Shown here: piece by piece, positions 25,357 through 39,375 of the stretch | Numbering within the stretch: position 1 is the stretch's first letter | Layout of the letters: the number at the start of each line of letters is the position of its first letter | Origin: Tubiluchus corallicola | Lineage: Eukaryota; Animalia; Priapulida | Direction: 5' to 3' | DNA length: 64,000 nucleotides | Assembly: GCA_030141605.1 (NCBI GenBank) | Contig: JAQGDQ010000275.1 | Coordinates: 124,001 to 188,000 of the forward strand | Notes under the pieces: generated by a model | What the model saw: the letters and a program-made list of their open reading frames with translations, nothing else | Databases searched by the model: none | What the model was told of the DNA's origin: nothing | Program-made: the position numbers and the translations under genes

Positions 25357-26684
25357 TGCAGTCGCTACGCACCTGAAGCAATTCAACTCGTTCCTTTACT
25401 CGTTAGCTATTTTATAGCATTTTTAGCCGTTCTCTTACTCAATAAATCCTAACGCAATACAGCATCGCCTAACGACAACCAGAAGAGAGGCACTTCGTTA
25501 GAATACGGTTAGGTTGGACCGCTTCAAGGGGGCAAGAAAATGACAGCAAAAGATTTTTCAAGTAAAGTTGTATTACTTAGTATTACGCTTATCTGCTTGA
25601 AACTAGTCTTATGTAACTAGAGAAGAAAATTCTTAATAATTTGAAATGTTTGTGCCAGCTGTTAAAACGTCACTGACTCACCTTCTCAGTGTGCACCAAT
25701 GGCTCACAAAGAAACACGTTACTGATCTTATTGTCAAGATAGATTAACTTATACGTTTGCTTAATTAGTGAAGGTTGCGTTATGAGTCCTTTGATTATTT
25801 TTTCGACCTACGCTAAATCTACCTTATCTAAACTTGTTTCAAATGACTTTTATACCGTTAAAATGGCTGCATCAAACGGTCATCGCGAGAGTTTATATTT
25901 ACAAGTTTTATAGAACGTTACTGTTAACACAAGCTGTGTGTGCAATAAACGAGAATGTAATATTATAAAAAATACAAATCTTCAAGACGGTTTTTAATTT
26001 TTTTGCGAAAAGCGTTTTTATCCTTTAAAACATGGAGAGTCTCAAAAAACTGAAGTTTTTAGTTGGAAATTTTAATCCAGGACTTTCTGATAACATCCAC
26101 AGGAAGCGCGTACGTAATTTTGACTAGAAATTATCATTTTTCATAAATTTATGTAGATTCAGAAATTATCTGCCAGACGTCAATAATCGATATCTCGTTG
26201 CGATCAGATGACTACTGACAAAGCTGTGTTCTGGAAAGTTCTAGAAAAGTCAGGCTTTGGTTCATGTTACGCAGAAGCCGAAGTTTGCTCGAGGAATCGG
26301 ACGAATTTCGTCCTCAAATGTCATAAAACTTTCTGGCGCTCAAGTGTGTATTGATTGATAATCTCAGTTCGGGCAGACGTTGCCTAATGCAAAGACGAGG
26401 TCCTTGTAAATCGGAATTCGATATCCGGAGATTCGCGCTGCCGCTTGTTTCCGCGCGACGAAGAACTTTACAAACACACTTCTACTACCGAGTGCCGCAT
26501 AATGGATAGGAAAATCTTTCACGAGTATTCTCATTTGACCAATTTTGTATGTTCCAAGTTGCGAAGAAGTCGTTTTCGTCGGCAGAAATTAATTCAGTAA
26601 AATATGGCTGTGCAGGAAAGCCGCAAAGGTCGAAATGGCGTCAATGTGACCCGTGCCTGCACACTTGTGATTGGGCTCTGTTTT

Positions 26685-27315
26685 TTAAAGCAAAACCAGA
26701 CCCAATCGTAAACTGTAGGCCAAAACAAACTAAACTTTAAAATATCAAAAGGAAACATACAATTTTTAGGGAACTGATTTACGTGAAATTATTATTACCA
26801 CACAAACACAATTTCACGTTCTCGCTACTAGTTCTTCGCTGTTACATGCATTTCGCCATTCACTAATTAGACGGGCACTAGCGCCTGCATTTCGGAAACG
26901 CGTTGCACAAAAAACAGACGCTGTATCTCTCAGTTCATACGTGTTCTTTTGTGACGTTGTACATATGTTTAGCAGCTCATCCGTAAGCACGGCGGTAAAT
27001 TTGAGATTCGAACTTTTGTCTTAAAACTTGCCGAGTTTTAGTACAACACACTGAATATCTTACAGAAGCATTGTACTTCAATTTTCGCTTTCGCAAACAT
27101 GTGCAACACGCTAGTGAGATATTTTTGCTGTTGAAAATTATGTTCGTTTGGAATGTCATCACTTGCCATTAATTAATTTTTTACTTATTATAGAGTGTTT
27201 AATCTATAATTTAATTATTAGGAACGCTTTTGGAATATTAATTTGTTGAAATTTATACTTTTTATCGGATATGAAAATGGGATAGCATATGAAAAACCAT
27301 CCTGCTTTCCTCTAA
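26685..27315 (-). mobile_element. MITE family A, copy 3 (intronic, inverted)
   Basis: Reverse complement of the family: begins TTAAAGCAAAACCAGACCCAATC, contains TTAGACGGGCACTAG, ends CATCCTGCTTTCCTCTAA. Confidence 0.87.
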
Positions 27316-28859
27316 TTAGTAAAAAGTAAGCAAGTAAGCCACTGTCATTGCATTTTCAATTTTTTCTTATGCAGCTTTGTAATGTTTGATGGCTAGCATT
27401 TGAACAACAACCTATAGGCAAGCATTACTACCATTACGCCTCTAATTGAGTCTTGAAATTAGATTATAATTAATAAAAATGAAGCATTCGACTACAGATA
27501 AGGTATTTGCTAGCTGCACTCTTCATGAGATATTTATAGTGGAAGATTCCCGCGTTTGCCATCTTAAACTGCGTTTGCTGAGGTTTGGGGCGTGTCATAA
27601 CTGACTTTTTTATGTCAGTGGAAGATACTACATTAAGCCTACCTTCACAATGTTTTTACTGCATAATATTTAAATCAGAATATTAGGCTTCGGATATTAC
27701 GTTCCTTTGAGAGCTCCAATGATGATCCACCATTGGCCACCAATGATAAAAAATGAACATTTGGCGTAGGTGCTGAGCAAAAAACTTCTATTGTGGCCGC
27801 TAACTAAATCCTCAATTCCAACTATCAATCCTAGTGCTTCAAGCGGTCTAGTTTAATTTAAACTTTGTTTGTTTATAGTGGATTTACAAAACAGACTGGG
27901 TCTGATACATGTATCTCCACGTTGGAAGTGCTGAGTGCAAAGTATTAATAAAAGAATAATGGAGGTCACAACTAATAATCATCACACTCCATTTGATAAA
28001 ACATTTGATTCAAATGCAATCAGCAGATGGTGATTAAACTTACACATACACGAACAGTATAAACACAATATTTTAACAACAACTGTAATAATAAAAATAC
28101 ATTTACAACGTAAATTGGCAGATTAATCATTTAACATTATTAAATAAACTGATTCAATAAAAGGTTGATTTAATAAACTGCTGTAATAAACTATGGATAA
28201 TAAAGCAAGATGGATGACGAGTTTTGAATTTTTCGATTATGTTTCTGTATAATATTACAAGATTATAATTTTGTAAGGATTCACGTGTTACAATCTAGTG
28301 GTCGAGTAGGTCGTCTAATAATGCTGTTCTAGCTCTTATCATATTTTACGCAGTAGCCTGCGCATGCGTATAACAGGTAGTTTGCTGCGGAACGCAGGTG
28401 TTTCAGTTTTAGAACGATTTTGGGCCCGTTACGCCGACGGAATACACATTGCCAGATTGCGAAATCCCGAGAGCTATTCCCAGACTCAAAATGGCACGTA
28501 AACATGGCTGAATACTGATCGAAACGATTTTTGCTGCCATTTCATTTAAGAACAATTCCCGTCTGAATATGGCAGAGAGAAATTACTGGGCATTTTTGGA
28601 AATATTTGTCGTCGATGTTGCTTTGTAATATTAATAATAAATTCAAATGTTTGGCTTGTTTTGATTTTTTTGAATAATTATATTCACTGTTTAAAAAAAA
28701 AAGTTTGTTTTTTGCTGTTTCTTTTGTATTTTTCAACTTGTGTAAATTTTTTAATATTCTTAGAATAGAGCTCTATTTCTATTGTAATTTCTATGTTTTC
28801 TTTCACATTCATTATTTCTGGCACTGCACCTTTCTCCTCTTATTCGTCCATCATCTACA

Positions 28860-29225
28860 TCGATATCAGCATCGTCATCACCATTATCATCAACACCAGT
28901 ACCACCGCCACCACAATCACTGCGATCACTACCCATTCACTGTACCTGTTACTATTAACCATGCTCACCAACGTCACCATTATCATCATCATCATTATCA
29001 TCATCGTCGTCATCGTCATCATCATCATCGTCGTCGTCATCATCATCATCATCATCATCATCATCGTCGTCGTCGTCGTCGTCGTGATCGTGGTCGTCAT
29101 CATTGTCATCATCATCGTCATCATAAGTAGTAGCAGCAGCAGCATCAACAATATCATTATCATTATCGTCATCACCATCATTATCGTCGTCGACATCATC
29201 ATCATCATCATCATCATCAACAAAT
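28860..29225. repeat. (CAT/CGT)n microsatellite
   Basis: Direct reading. Confidence 0.95.
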
Positions 29226-31124
29226 AATATTAGGTCATTTCGTCATGTTCGTCATCGTAATCATCATATCTTTAATGTACCTTATCATGCTGTTTTTCAG
29301 TTATACATTTCATTGCCATATTTTCTAATGTCTTAATGATTAATAATGACTTATTTTGGTGCATGTAGATGTATAGATGCGTTCATGTCTGTATCTTCTA
29401 GCTCTATTGAAGATTTTGCATCACAATTCAGAATTTTTTTTGCTTAGAAACCGTTTATTTACTTTCTTACGAAGAGTGTCGGTCATTTAAAAGCAATATT
29501 TAAAGTTGAAACACTGAAAAGCAATGCTGTTGTTGTTACTGCAACGAGATATTAATGATGCAAACGCATAAGCCGAACAAAACAGCAAGCAACATAATTA
29601 CAGTAAAGGATTATTAATGAACCCCATTTGCAAATGGCAAGTTTACCCGGTGAGAAACGATTACAAAACGGCTACGCAGACGCCATTTTTAATTGATGAA
29701 AACAAAGTTTTTACAACTGCCTATGAGATTCGCCAGTCTCGGAGTGAAAGAGTTTGTCTAACAATGTCAGATCATCCCAGACGTGACATCAGCGTGCGGC
29801 TGCAAGGAGCAGATATCTGAAAATTCTTGCCGGTATTAATACTCGTTTAATAACGGCTCTTCTTAGCGCGTGACAAATGACGCCAGGCGAAGACAGAAAC
29901 GAAACTGAAAATTACAAACTGAAGATTTTTGAGCCGCAAATGTTACGTAGCGAAATGAGATGAGTGATCTCACTGAAGTTCTATGCAGGCGAAGCACGTT
30001 TCCTGCTGGTTTCTGAGCCGAGCCACAAACATATACAATGAACGAAGTGCAGTTCAAAACACAAACAAGTATAGTAAATAACAGCCATATGTCATATTGT
30101 AGAGTAGCTTATTATGAGATCTTAAGAATTTATACTGTATTTGCATAATTCTGCTTTCCAAAAAGCAAACATTCGCTTTGCTACAGTAATTATCAGCTCC
30201 AGGATAATATAGTTTGGTGTCATGCCACTCATGTCATTGTCATTGACAGAACTCTTTTGTCATTGTTTTTGCCTGATTGTTTGGAAGAGTTTTGCTGGTC
30301 TGAAATTTGATTTGGATGCCCACATTCGCTGGAGTTACTTGTAGCATCTCGATTGTTTGTCTTTTTGTAAAGCAATAGGACAGGTTCTAAGGAACTCCTA
30401 CATGTATTAGTCTACAATAAGATATCAACATTTTAATAAGTCGCTTAAATTGTATATTAGTTGATCTGCTAGAACAACGTTTGTTCACTTGTTTTCTAAT
30501 AGGATTGTTCCGATTTGGAACAGTTTACCATGATGCACCTTTTGGTAAGACCTACAAATCCAAATCTTTTAAGCGGCGATTAAATTGTGTTAATGTGAAT
30601 GAGTTTTTAGTATTTAATAAGCACATGCAAGAAGTGTTTGCTCTTTGTGTCCCCACACACCGCCCCTCACTGTTATGGTGCTTCATACCTGTACATATGC
30701 TTATGTGTATTGCATGTTTTTTTTATTATGATGCATATCAATGTACGCATACGTATACATTTTAATGCATATTGTATACTTTTGTTTATTTATTTCTAAA
30801 CATATTTTTATTTTGTTATAAACTTTGGTATACATAAACTGTCTAAGAATACTTTAGGCTGTATTGCAAAGAAATAGAATTACAAATTATGGTGCATGGC
30901 TATTAAGTGTTACTAATGTTTAAATAAATATTGATGTTAAATTAGTAATACTATATACGATCAGTTGATGAAAAGCTGTGCGTAGATTTTACATAATCTT
31001 GGATAGTTTGAAACAATGTAACATTTTGGTCGTGGTTTAAGATCCGAAAAGAAATGCTGAAATTTTCAGTTGATTACTCAAATGATTTAAATTAAATAGG
31101 AAAAAATTTATTGTTATAGCTGGA

Positions 31125-31502
31125 TTAGTTTTTCTCAAGGTTCATTCTGCTAGCTGTATATTGGGGACGCTGGAGCAAGTAATGTGGTATAGTTTCTCGC
31201 GAGGAGTCACAAGTACAATTTGGCTGAACTATACTCCCTGTTCTATCTCTGTACCCGTGACTGTTGAGATCCTGATTTAATTGAGAAAAACCGACTCTCA
31301 GTCGAGTATGTAGAACTGCTCCTAGATGAGAGCCATTTGTATAATATGTAGGTGGGTTCAAAAAATTTAGATATTGTTTGAACCTGCGGTAAAATGCGTT
31401 GACGGAGGGAGAGTCTTTCATAAAATTTGGCAAATTGTTCCATTTAGTCACGTAATCAGGAAAGAACGAGTATTTAAAACAGTTACATCCAGTACGAAAC
31501 AA
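31125..31502 (-). mobile_element. CR1-group LINE ORF2 C-terminal remnant
   Basis: FKYSFFPDYVTKWNNLP...LHTRLRVGFSQLNQDL...CTCDSSRETIPHYLL: FFP....WN.LP motif plus a degenerate zinc knuckle. Confidence 0.8.
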
Positions 31503-33119
31503 AACATACTTTTATTTGGCGTATAATAAACTAAACTAAACCAAACTAAACTAAACTAAGTGTCTGCAAGCTACTTCCTGGATTTTAAACTGTCTTCGTA
31601 ACAGTCCGTTCTTGGCGGCTAGGACACTACACCATTCTCATCTACTGTGTGTTTTTGCACTCTAGGGCCGCTAGGCTCCTGTGCTTTGCTTCAACAACAG
31701 CTTGTCAATAAGATGTCATAATTCAGCGATTGCTTCAATGTATTTTGTAATTTGAACTCTTGATATACGCTATACACTATTTGTCTTCGGTTCTGCTGTA
31801 TTCAAAATAAAATAGATCAGTGGCGTGTCTATGGCTGTGGGTGTGAGAACAACTGCCATGTACTTCACTTGCAATTCTTAAAAAAATACTAGCCAAATAG
31901 TCATTGGGTTGTGATAAATTTCGTAACGGCTCAGCCAACAGTTTTTTCAGTTTTTCATCGTATTTTTTTACTTAGTACAATCTTTCTTCCGTAGTACAAT
32001 AGCTATGGCTTCAACCTGTAAATTGTTACTTGAAGTGTGGTTAACTTTTGCAACATTTTGCCAGTATAAAATATTAGAGAAATAATGAAAAAATAAATTG
32101 TGATGTGGGATAGAAAATGTAGCTGGGTTGTCATACGGGGACGTATCTGAAGGTTTCCGCTATTGACGATTTTTATGAAGACCGTTTAGTCATTAAATAC
32201 TTTAAAAGGCATTTTATCTTGCAGTTTAACACACTGTAAGTAGGTCTTTGACGCTCAACACAGGGTTGTTGAGGCAGAATCAGTACCTATCAAATTATGA
32301 AAAAATTCTCAGAAGATAAAAGAGCAAACCGTTTCAGTTGCGTTTAGGTGGGCATCACGAGGGCCAATATGGCAAATGAAACTGACGTACAAATGGCTTT
32401 CCTGGAGATCGCCTATCCTATTCACCTATTCAGTTCCAAGGTTGCGTAACTTCGCAGACAAAAACGCAACCCCTCCATATTTAATTTATAACATATAACA
32501 ATTTTCTGTGGGTAGGGTGCCGACACCATCCTCCTCGAACACCCCGCTTTCCTCCCCTATCCAATCCGCCCCTCCTGCCCTAACATGCTCCTCACCGACA
32601 GAGTCACAAAGACGTCCTTTTAAAACAGCATTCCATTCACGTCTCGCAATCCAATAACTCATATCGTCATGTTCTATTGCCTATTACATGCAGCAAGCTT
32701 ATTACATTGGCCGTTTTAAAAGCGCCGAGGATAAAATTATAGTCATCACCGGCGTGCACACACAATCAGCCGGCTACATATGAACAGTAGGGGCGTGGTC
32801 TCGCACCGTTTGGCTTCTTTTATATTTAGATAGTAATTGATGAGTACGCTTCGTTGGTAGAGGGTGCATAAAAAGAGGGAAAAGAGCGAGAGGCAAAGAA
32901 GATCTTATAACAAGAGAAGCGATTTGAAGGGCTAAAGTGGATGGGGTTTGGGACAGACTTCTCGTTAGTTTTGTAAAATGCTGACCAAATAGAAATATAA
33001 ATAAAGAATTTTGATGTATTAATGCGGCCATGTGATGTGCACACATGATGTAAATGATTTACATTTGATGTAAATCAAATGATTTACATTTCTTGCTAAT
33101 GGTATTTCGCATACCTGGT

Positions 33120-33720
33120 TTAAAGGAAGACAGGCTGATTTTTCATATACTACCCCATTTTCAAGTCCGACAAAAGGTATACATTTTAACATAAATAATA
33201 AAAGCGCTTCTGATAATTAAATATTAGCTTAAAAACTTAGCTAACGTTGGGCTAGCCCAACTATTGATAACATCACAAACTAACATAATTTTCAACAGCA
33301 AAAACATTCTGTTTCCGAAAGCGAAAATTGAAGTGCAGTGCTACTGTAAGATATTCGGTGTGTTGTACTAAAACTAGCAAGTTTTAAGATAAAATTCAAG
33401 TTTCAAATTTACTGCTGTACTCAGGTATGAACTGTCGAACGTGTGAAGTTCGTCAGAAACTTACACGTCTGAACTGAGAGGTACAGCACCTATTTTTGTG
33501 TAACGTGTTTTCGAAATGCAGGCGCTAGTGCCCGTCTAATTAGAAAATGGCGAAATGCATGTAACAGCGAAGAACTAGTGGCACGAATGCGAAATTGTGT
33601 TTGTGTGGTAATAATTCTTTCATGTAAGTCATTTTTGAAAAAATAGTATGTTTTCTTATTTATTTTAAAGAGCAGATTGTTTTGATTTATAGTTTAAGAT
33701 TGGGTCCGGCTTTGCTTTAA
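33120..33720 (+). mobile_element. MITE family A, copy 4 (intronic)
   Basis: TTAAAGGAAGACAGG...GGGTCCGGCTTTGCTTTAA with TTAA intact at both ends. Confidence 0.9.
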
Positions 33721-35131
33721 AGTGTTTGCTGCACTTGCATCGCCATCTACAGTAAATAGTATTGAACTAAGAGAAGCTAATGTAACTTTAAGGCAGGGAA
33801 TTGTCACTGCTTAGCCAGTTTGAAATTGATCTTGTTATGTTTTATTAAACGTAAAAATTGGACATTTTGGTCCACAATATTGAAGGTAATTGGCGTGCTT
33901 GAGACGATCGTCAGAAAAACAGGAAGAAAGAACTGTATATTTCAGTACTAGATTTTAGAGCTTCAATCAACTTTTGTACAAAAATTGTTGTGTAAATTGT
34001 ACCAACAGTGGCTGAATTATTTTGCTGATATTTTTATAGCAATTTAGATATAGTATATCTTTTTTCGAGAAATCGGCGAAGTATTAAAGACGAATTTCAT
34101 TCATTTTAATTTTCTAGCTCATCAATTTTAAATGCTGCATCAACAATAATACAGCGTGAATACTAACTGTTGGCTGTGACACAATGAAAGAAAAAAGCAG
34201 ACGTGTCAAAACAAAGTCATGTTAAAAGTCGTAAATGCATTCATTTCATAGGTTGGGAGCTAAGCAAGAAAGAAATGAAAGAATAAATTTCTAGGAACAC
34301 GGTATTATCCACAATAAGTTATTTTAGCAAAATCATATCATCATCTAACATGGCATGTATCAATCGTCCAATGATATTACACCGTCCATCTTCTGCTGCC
34401 AAACAGTACCTCTTTTATTACTTTTCACGATTACTTTCAAAATTAGAGATGTTCCATTGAGGTCTTCTTGTGTGAAACTCATTCACGTAGACAATCTACC
34501 TCGCCTTGACTTCTTTGATTGTTGAACTGATTCATGGAAAGCGCTAACAAGTGGACTGTCTTTCGGTAGTCTCAGAGCACGACTCCACCCAGTTACAAAA
34601 TTCTTACAATTTGCAAAATAAAATAAAAATTACTTATATGGTCACCGTGGTAAAGGAGATTATACTCACGACCAACAGATCTGTTGTCAGTGGTTTTCAA
34701 ATGGGTTTCTTGTAGTGCGAGAGAATTAACTGAAACATTATTTTATCTTATATTTTTTATTATAGGCACTTAAAAACATTTATAGTTAACACAACACATC
34801 TTTATTATTTATTGTTAAATAAAGTAAAAAGAAGTAACTGGGACTTATTAATAAAAGAAAGTTCATATATGTCCCTAATAAGCCTTCTCTTAATGTACAA
34901 AGAAGTTCAATTCATTTAACTTCATTTTCAAACACGTAGCTATTTGTTACTGTATCAATTTCTTTTCGTCAGGTTTACTTAATCATTACATATTTGGTTT
35001 TTGTAAATACATAATTAGTGCATAAGTTACTATATCAATTTCTTTACTGGTCTACTTTTTCATTACGTATTTGGCTTCTGTTAACTACTTCATTAGTGTA
35101 TAACAGGCTCTGCCTATGTAAACTGGTTGTA

Positions 35132-35180
35132 TATGTTGCACTGATGATGACAGCAGTGGTCTGTCGAAACACTTGGCATA
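35132..35180 (+). ncRNA. Hammerhead-ribozyme-like motif (minimal type I, probably a Penelope-like element remnant)
   Basis: CTGATGA (35141-35147), T, hairpin GACAG-CAGTGGT-CTGTC, GAAAC (35166-35170). Flanks TATGTT/GGCATA could form stem I with G-U pairs; stem III is degenerate. Confidence 0.55.
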
Positions 35181-37176
35181 ATTTCAACTTTTTAACTTTG
35201 TAAAGTAAAAGTTTTAATAACGTTGTGTTGTTTTAATTATTTTATATTGTTTTACTTTGGGAAAAAGGAATTTTTTTTCCGGTTTATTTCTTTACCCTAT
35301 GTGTAACATTTTTGCCATTACATACAGCGCATGCGCGCAAAACAGCTGATTACGTTGGTTTTGTTTACGTATCCAAGGAAACGGGTGCCAGCCCAGCAAG
35401 CTTGGAATGCCATTGTCAAACGCGCGCGGCACTTAAATCTATGAAACTACACATTTTTGAAGAAGCACTTTGCCCGTAATGCAGCTAAAGTATGGACACA
35501 TTAGTTAATGTGAATTTTTCCATTCCTTAAATTTTAGTATGTTGCCATTTTGCTTTTGTAATAGTTTCAAAACTGCATAAAACAAAATAAAATCAAAAGC
35601 CCCGCAAAACATTTACAATAAAACATGCTGTTCGAATTCTTAAACTTTTATTCTTAAATTAAAATTCATTATTTTAAGGTTGTAACATGCGTTAAGAAAT
35701 AGAGTAAAACTTCCATGTCATTTTGAGCGACGGTTGGTCTTCTGACTTGACGCGTAAAACGGCTCGTAAACGACATAAACTCATGTTTATGTGACACTAG
35801 ACCCGAGATTATGTGAAGTTATTAGACACAAGTTATTACTAAAGCAAAAAATCCGATCTTTTATTAAGGAGCAGCCATTCTGCGGGGGCGGTGTCGCTTT
35901 TGCGTGCTCAAGTTTGATCAATTTGCTTTTGCTAAAGATGCTATTTCGCAGATCCTTAATGTAAAAAATTTACTGCTGCAAAAAAGAAAATGGGAGCAAT
36001 CTTTTCTACTTTACAGAGACAAGTGTGCTTTCGAAGGTGCCTCTTTTTGCAGCTGCCATATGTTTCAGTTAAAGTTGTCTGCATGATTTGCGGCAAAGAC
36101 ATTAAAGGAAATTCATAAATGTCAGTTTTATACATGGGAAAAAGCCAATGTGTTTTGTTTAGCAGATATTCGTAGCGTTTTTGGCAAAAGTTCACAGTGA
36201 AACTATCAGTGTAATGACAGTAATGGACCATAACATCAAAATAATAAAACTCGATTCGAATAAACTGTTGTTAACGTCACGTTTAGTTTCCTTCTACTGG
36301 TGGTTTATTTTTGCTCTTGTTCTTTTACAATTATTTTAATAATTAACTAACAAGATGTAGGCAAAATGAGCAAAATCAGTAAAATTCCGTAAATTGATTT
36401 TCGGAAACTGCAAGGAAATGCAAGCGAAAAATTAGCAAGTAACTTTTGGGCTTGTGTTTAACTTGGTGTGATCTTTTTGAACAAAAATAGACAATACCCC
36501 AGCGGCACTAAGTACTTCGTACGCAGTATGTTTGTGCAAGGCTGGCTTATTTTGTAGTGTTGCCATCATTGACGTCTTTAATCTCACGCAACAGTTGAAC
36601 AAGGGTCTCAAGGAGTTTCTTTTCTTACAAGATTATCTTCTTTCCAAATTTGAGTATGATGATGTGCGCATGCGCAGTTGCTGTTATCGCCAAAAGTACA
36701 AGGATCTTATACAGTTTATCCTTCCCGTCTCATCAGGCGCAAGCGAGCGTCCACATGCATTCTCTTTCTTCCTCATTTCCGCTTGACCAAAGAAAGATTC
36801 TCCGATTTTGCAGTTGGCTTCCCGCGCTAATTGTGTTTTGGCGTTGGACTCGCGCCAGTTGTAGGCGAAAGTCACGTGACAACAAAGAATGTCCAATACG
36901 AGGACATAAGTAGAGACTCTAATGCTGTGTGTCACCCGGTAGGCCGTTAAGCATAATCTCAAAGCGAACCAATGCTGCGACAAAGCTTTCGTGGATTATG
37001 GATTCATTACTTGAAAGTTTTCAAATTTTAAATTTTCAAATTTAATTTTCTACTAACAATGCATGAGTTTAATCATACGAATTGCTTTAAGGTTTCTTGA
37101 AACTGGTTTTAGTTATATAGACTTGTACAGAATCAATTTATGGCCTTGGAGCGAATAGGTTGGTTTATGCATATTA

Positions 37177-37879
37177 AACTGTAGCAAAGGTGGCCAGTCC
37201 ATCAAATAGTTGAAGAACAGTAGCAAAGGTGGCCAATCCGTCAAATAGTTGAAGAACTGTGGCAAAGGTGACTAGTCCATCAAATAGTTGAAGAACTGTG
37301 GCAAAGGTGGCCAATCCATCAAACAGTTGAAGAAGTGTGGCAAAGGTGGCCAATCCATCAAACAGTTGAAGAACTGTAGCAAAGGTGACCAGTCCATCAA
37401 ATAGTTGAAGAACAGTGGCAAAGGTGACCAGTCCATCAAATAGTTGAAGAACAGTGGCAAAGGTGACCAGTCCACAAATAGTTGAAGAACTGTGGCAAAG
37501 ATGACCAGTCCATCAAATAGTTGAAGAACTGCAGCAAAGGTGGCCAGTCCGTCAAACAGTTGAAGAACTGTAGTAAAGGTGGCCAATCCATCAAATAGTT
37601 GAAGAACTGTGGCAAAGGTGACCAGTCCATCAAATAGTTGAAGAACTGTAGCAAAGGTGACCAGTCCATCAAATAGTTGAAGAACTGTGGCAAAGGTGGC
37701 CAATCCATCAAACAGTTGAAGAACTGTGGCAAAGGTGGCCAGACCATTAAACAGTTAAAGAACTAGCAAAAATGAAATGGCCAATCCGTCAAACAGTTGA
37801 AGAACTGTAGCAAAGGTGGTCAGTCCGTCAAACAGTTGAAGAACTGTAGCAAAGGTGGCCAGTCCATCAAACAGTTGAA
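37177..37879 (+). repeat. 39-bp minisatellite, about 18 copies
   Basis: Unit GTGGCAAAGGTGRCCAGTCCATCAAATAGTTGAAGAACT. Confidence 0.97.
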
Positions 37880-39197
37880 ATAAAAAAACTCCTAATTATC
37901 AAGACTTGTCCAATTCCAATCCGTCTTGTCTGGATCATTAAGTTTCTATTTACATGTTGTGGTATTTGAACGATTTCTTGATTTCGACATCCACAAAGCT
38001 CTGATTAGCTGATGTTACAATAAGCTCCTTGCCAAGACTTTGCCATAAATCGTTTTCCTTTTCTAATAAACGTCGCAAGGCTTCATAAATCTGAACGTTT
38101 ATTAATGGCGATTACACGCGGCTTGTTCCCGCGCATTGTGCATAATGTATGGAAGTGAATTTCAAAAATTCACGCGAGAATTCGCGAGAATATGAATGAC
38201 CCAAGTAATGAACATTGAGTATACAAAATTACCATAAATAATCATCATTTGTCGCCTGAGTACACTTCACATCACACGATGATATTTTCCAGTGAGTTTC
38301 TTGCTTGGTTTATCGAGATAATACACTTGCTGGAGGAGATGTGAATTCTAGACTTTAATTTTTTTAAAGATAATAAGCCTTTTTTACAGTTTCGTTATGC
38401 GCACGCGCAGTTGCTGTAGGTTAAAGGATAAGTGTACCACAGCAACGCATTTAATTACAACCGACATGTACGTGAAGCAAAGCCGTCTGTCGCATCAGTT
38501 CACTAACTTCAGTTGTTTCACGTGGACTTTACTTAATTAAGCATTAGTCTGTTTAGAGTGATTTGCTAGCAAAATCGTGCTGTGGAACAAGAAAAAATGA
38601 ACTAACTAAGGTTTTAGCTAGCTATTAAAACTGTTACTGTTACAATAGCATGGGCTGCAAGGCGTTGTCAAGTGTACACAAATGCGTTGTCTGGTACACA
38701 CAACCCTTGATCTTTTCACGATCATCATCAATCGCTGGTAAAGGCTTATTATCATTAGTACATGCACTATTTAGGACATCTACGTACTAAAGAGGAAATC
38801 GTTAACTGACGCCTTTGTAAATAATGTAAAAAATTATTATCCACATTTGTTGTGATACCTGATCTATAAAATTCAGGTCATTTTATTGATGTACTGAAAT
38901 TTTCAGTGATGTAACTCATGTACAAACTAGGTACAGGGCCAGTGTGACGAATGAAGCAGCCTAGAATGTGTTTCTGGATGGTCGCTCTTTAACTTACTGA
39001 CTAGTTTTTGCGTTGCTAACCAAGCACACATCTCAAATTACATGTCAACTAAATGCAGTTGCGTTTCTGTTTCATACATTAATAATATCCTATGTGCTTT
39101 AACAGTTCAAAAGCGGTTGTGTTGAAAACATTTAAAGAAAAAACTCTTTGAACTTATGTTAATTATTGTTTATCGAAAAAGCCGACAAATAATAAAC

Positions 39198-39375
<178 letters not shown>

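Noticed and set aside
28705-29227. His-rich / poly-Ile / poly-Met ORFs
   Set aside because: (CAT)n microsatellite translations.
34955-34980. Recursive splice site candidate TTTCTTTTCGTCAG|GTTTAC
   Set aside because: The acceptor is fair but the regenerated donor GTTTAC is poor; unsupported without saw-tooth RNA-seq.
37272-37747. 13-aa repeat ORFs (ATFATVLQLFDGL)
   Set aside because: Minisatellite; indels break the frame.
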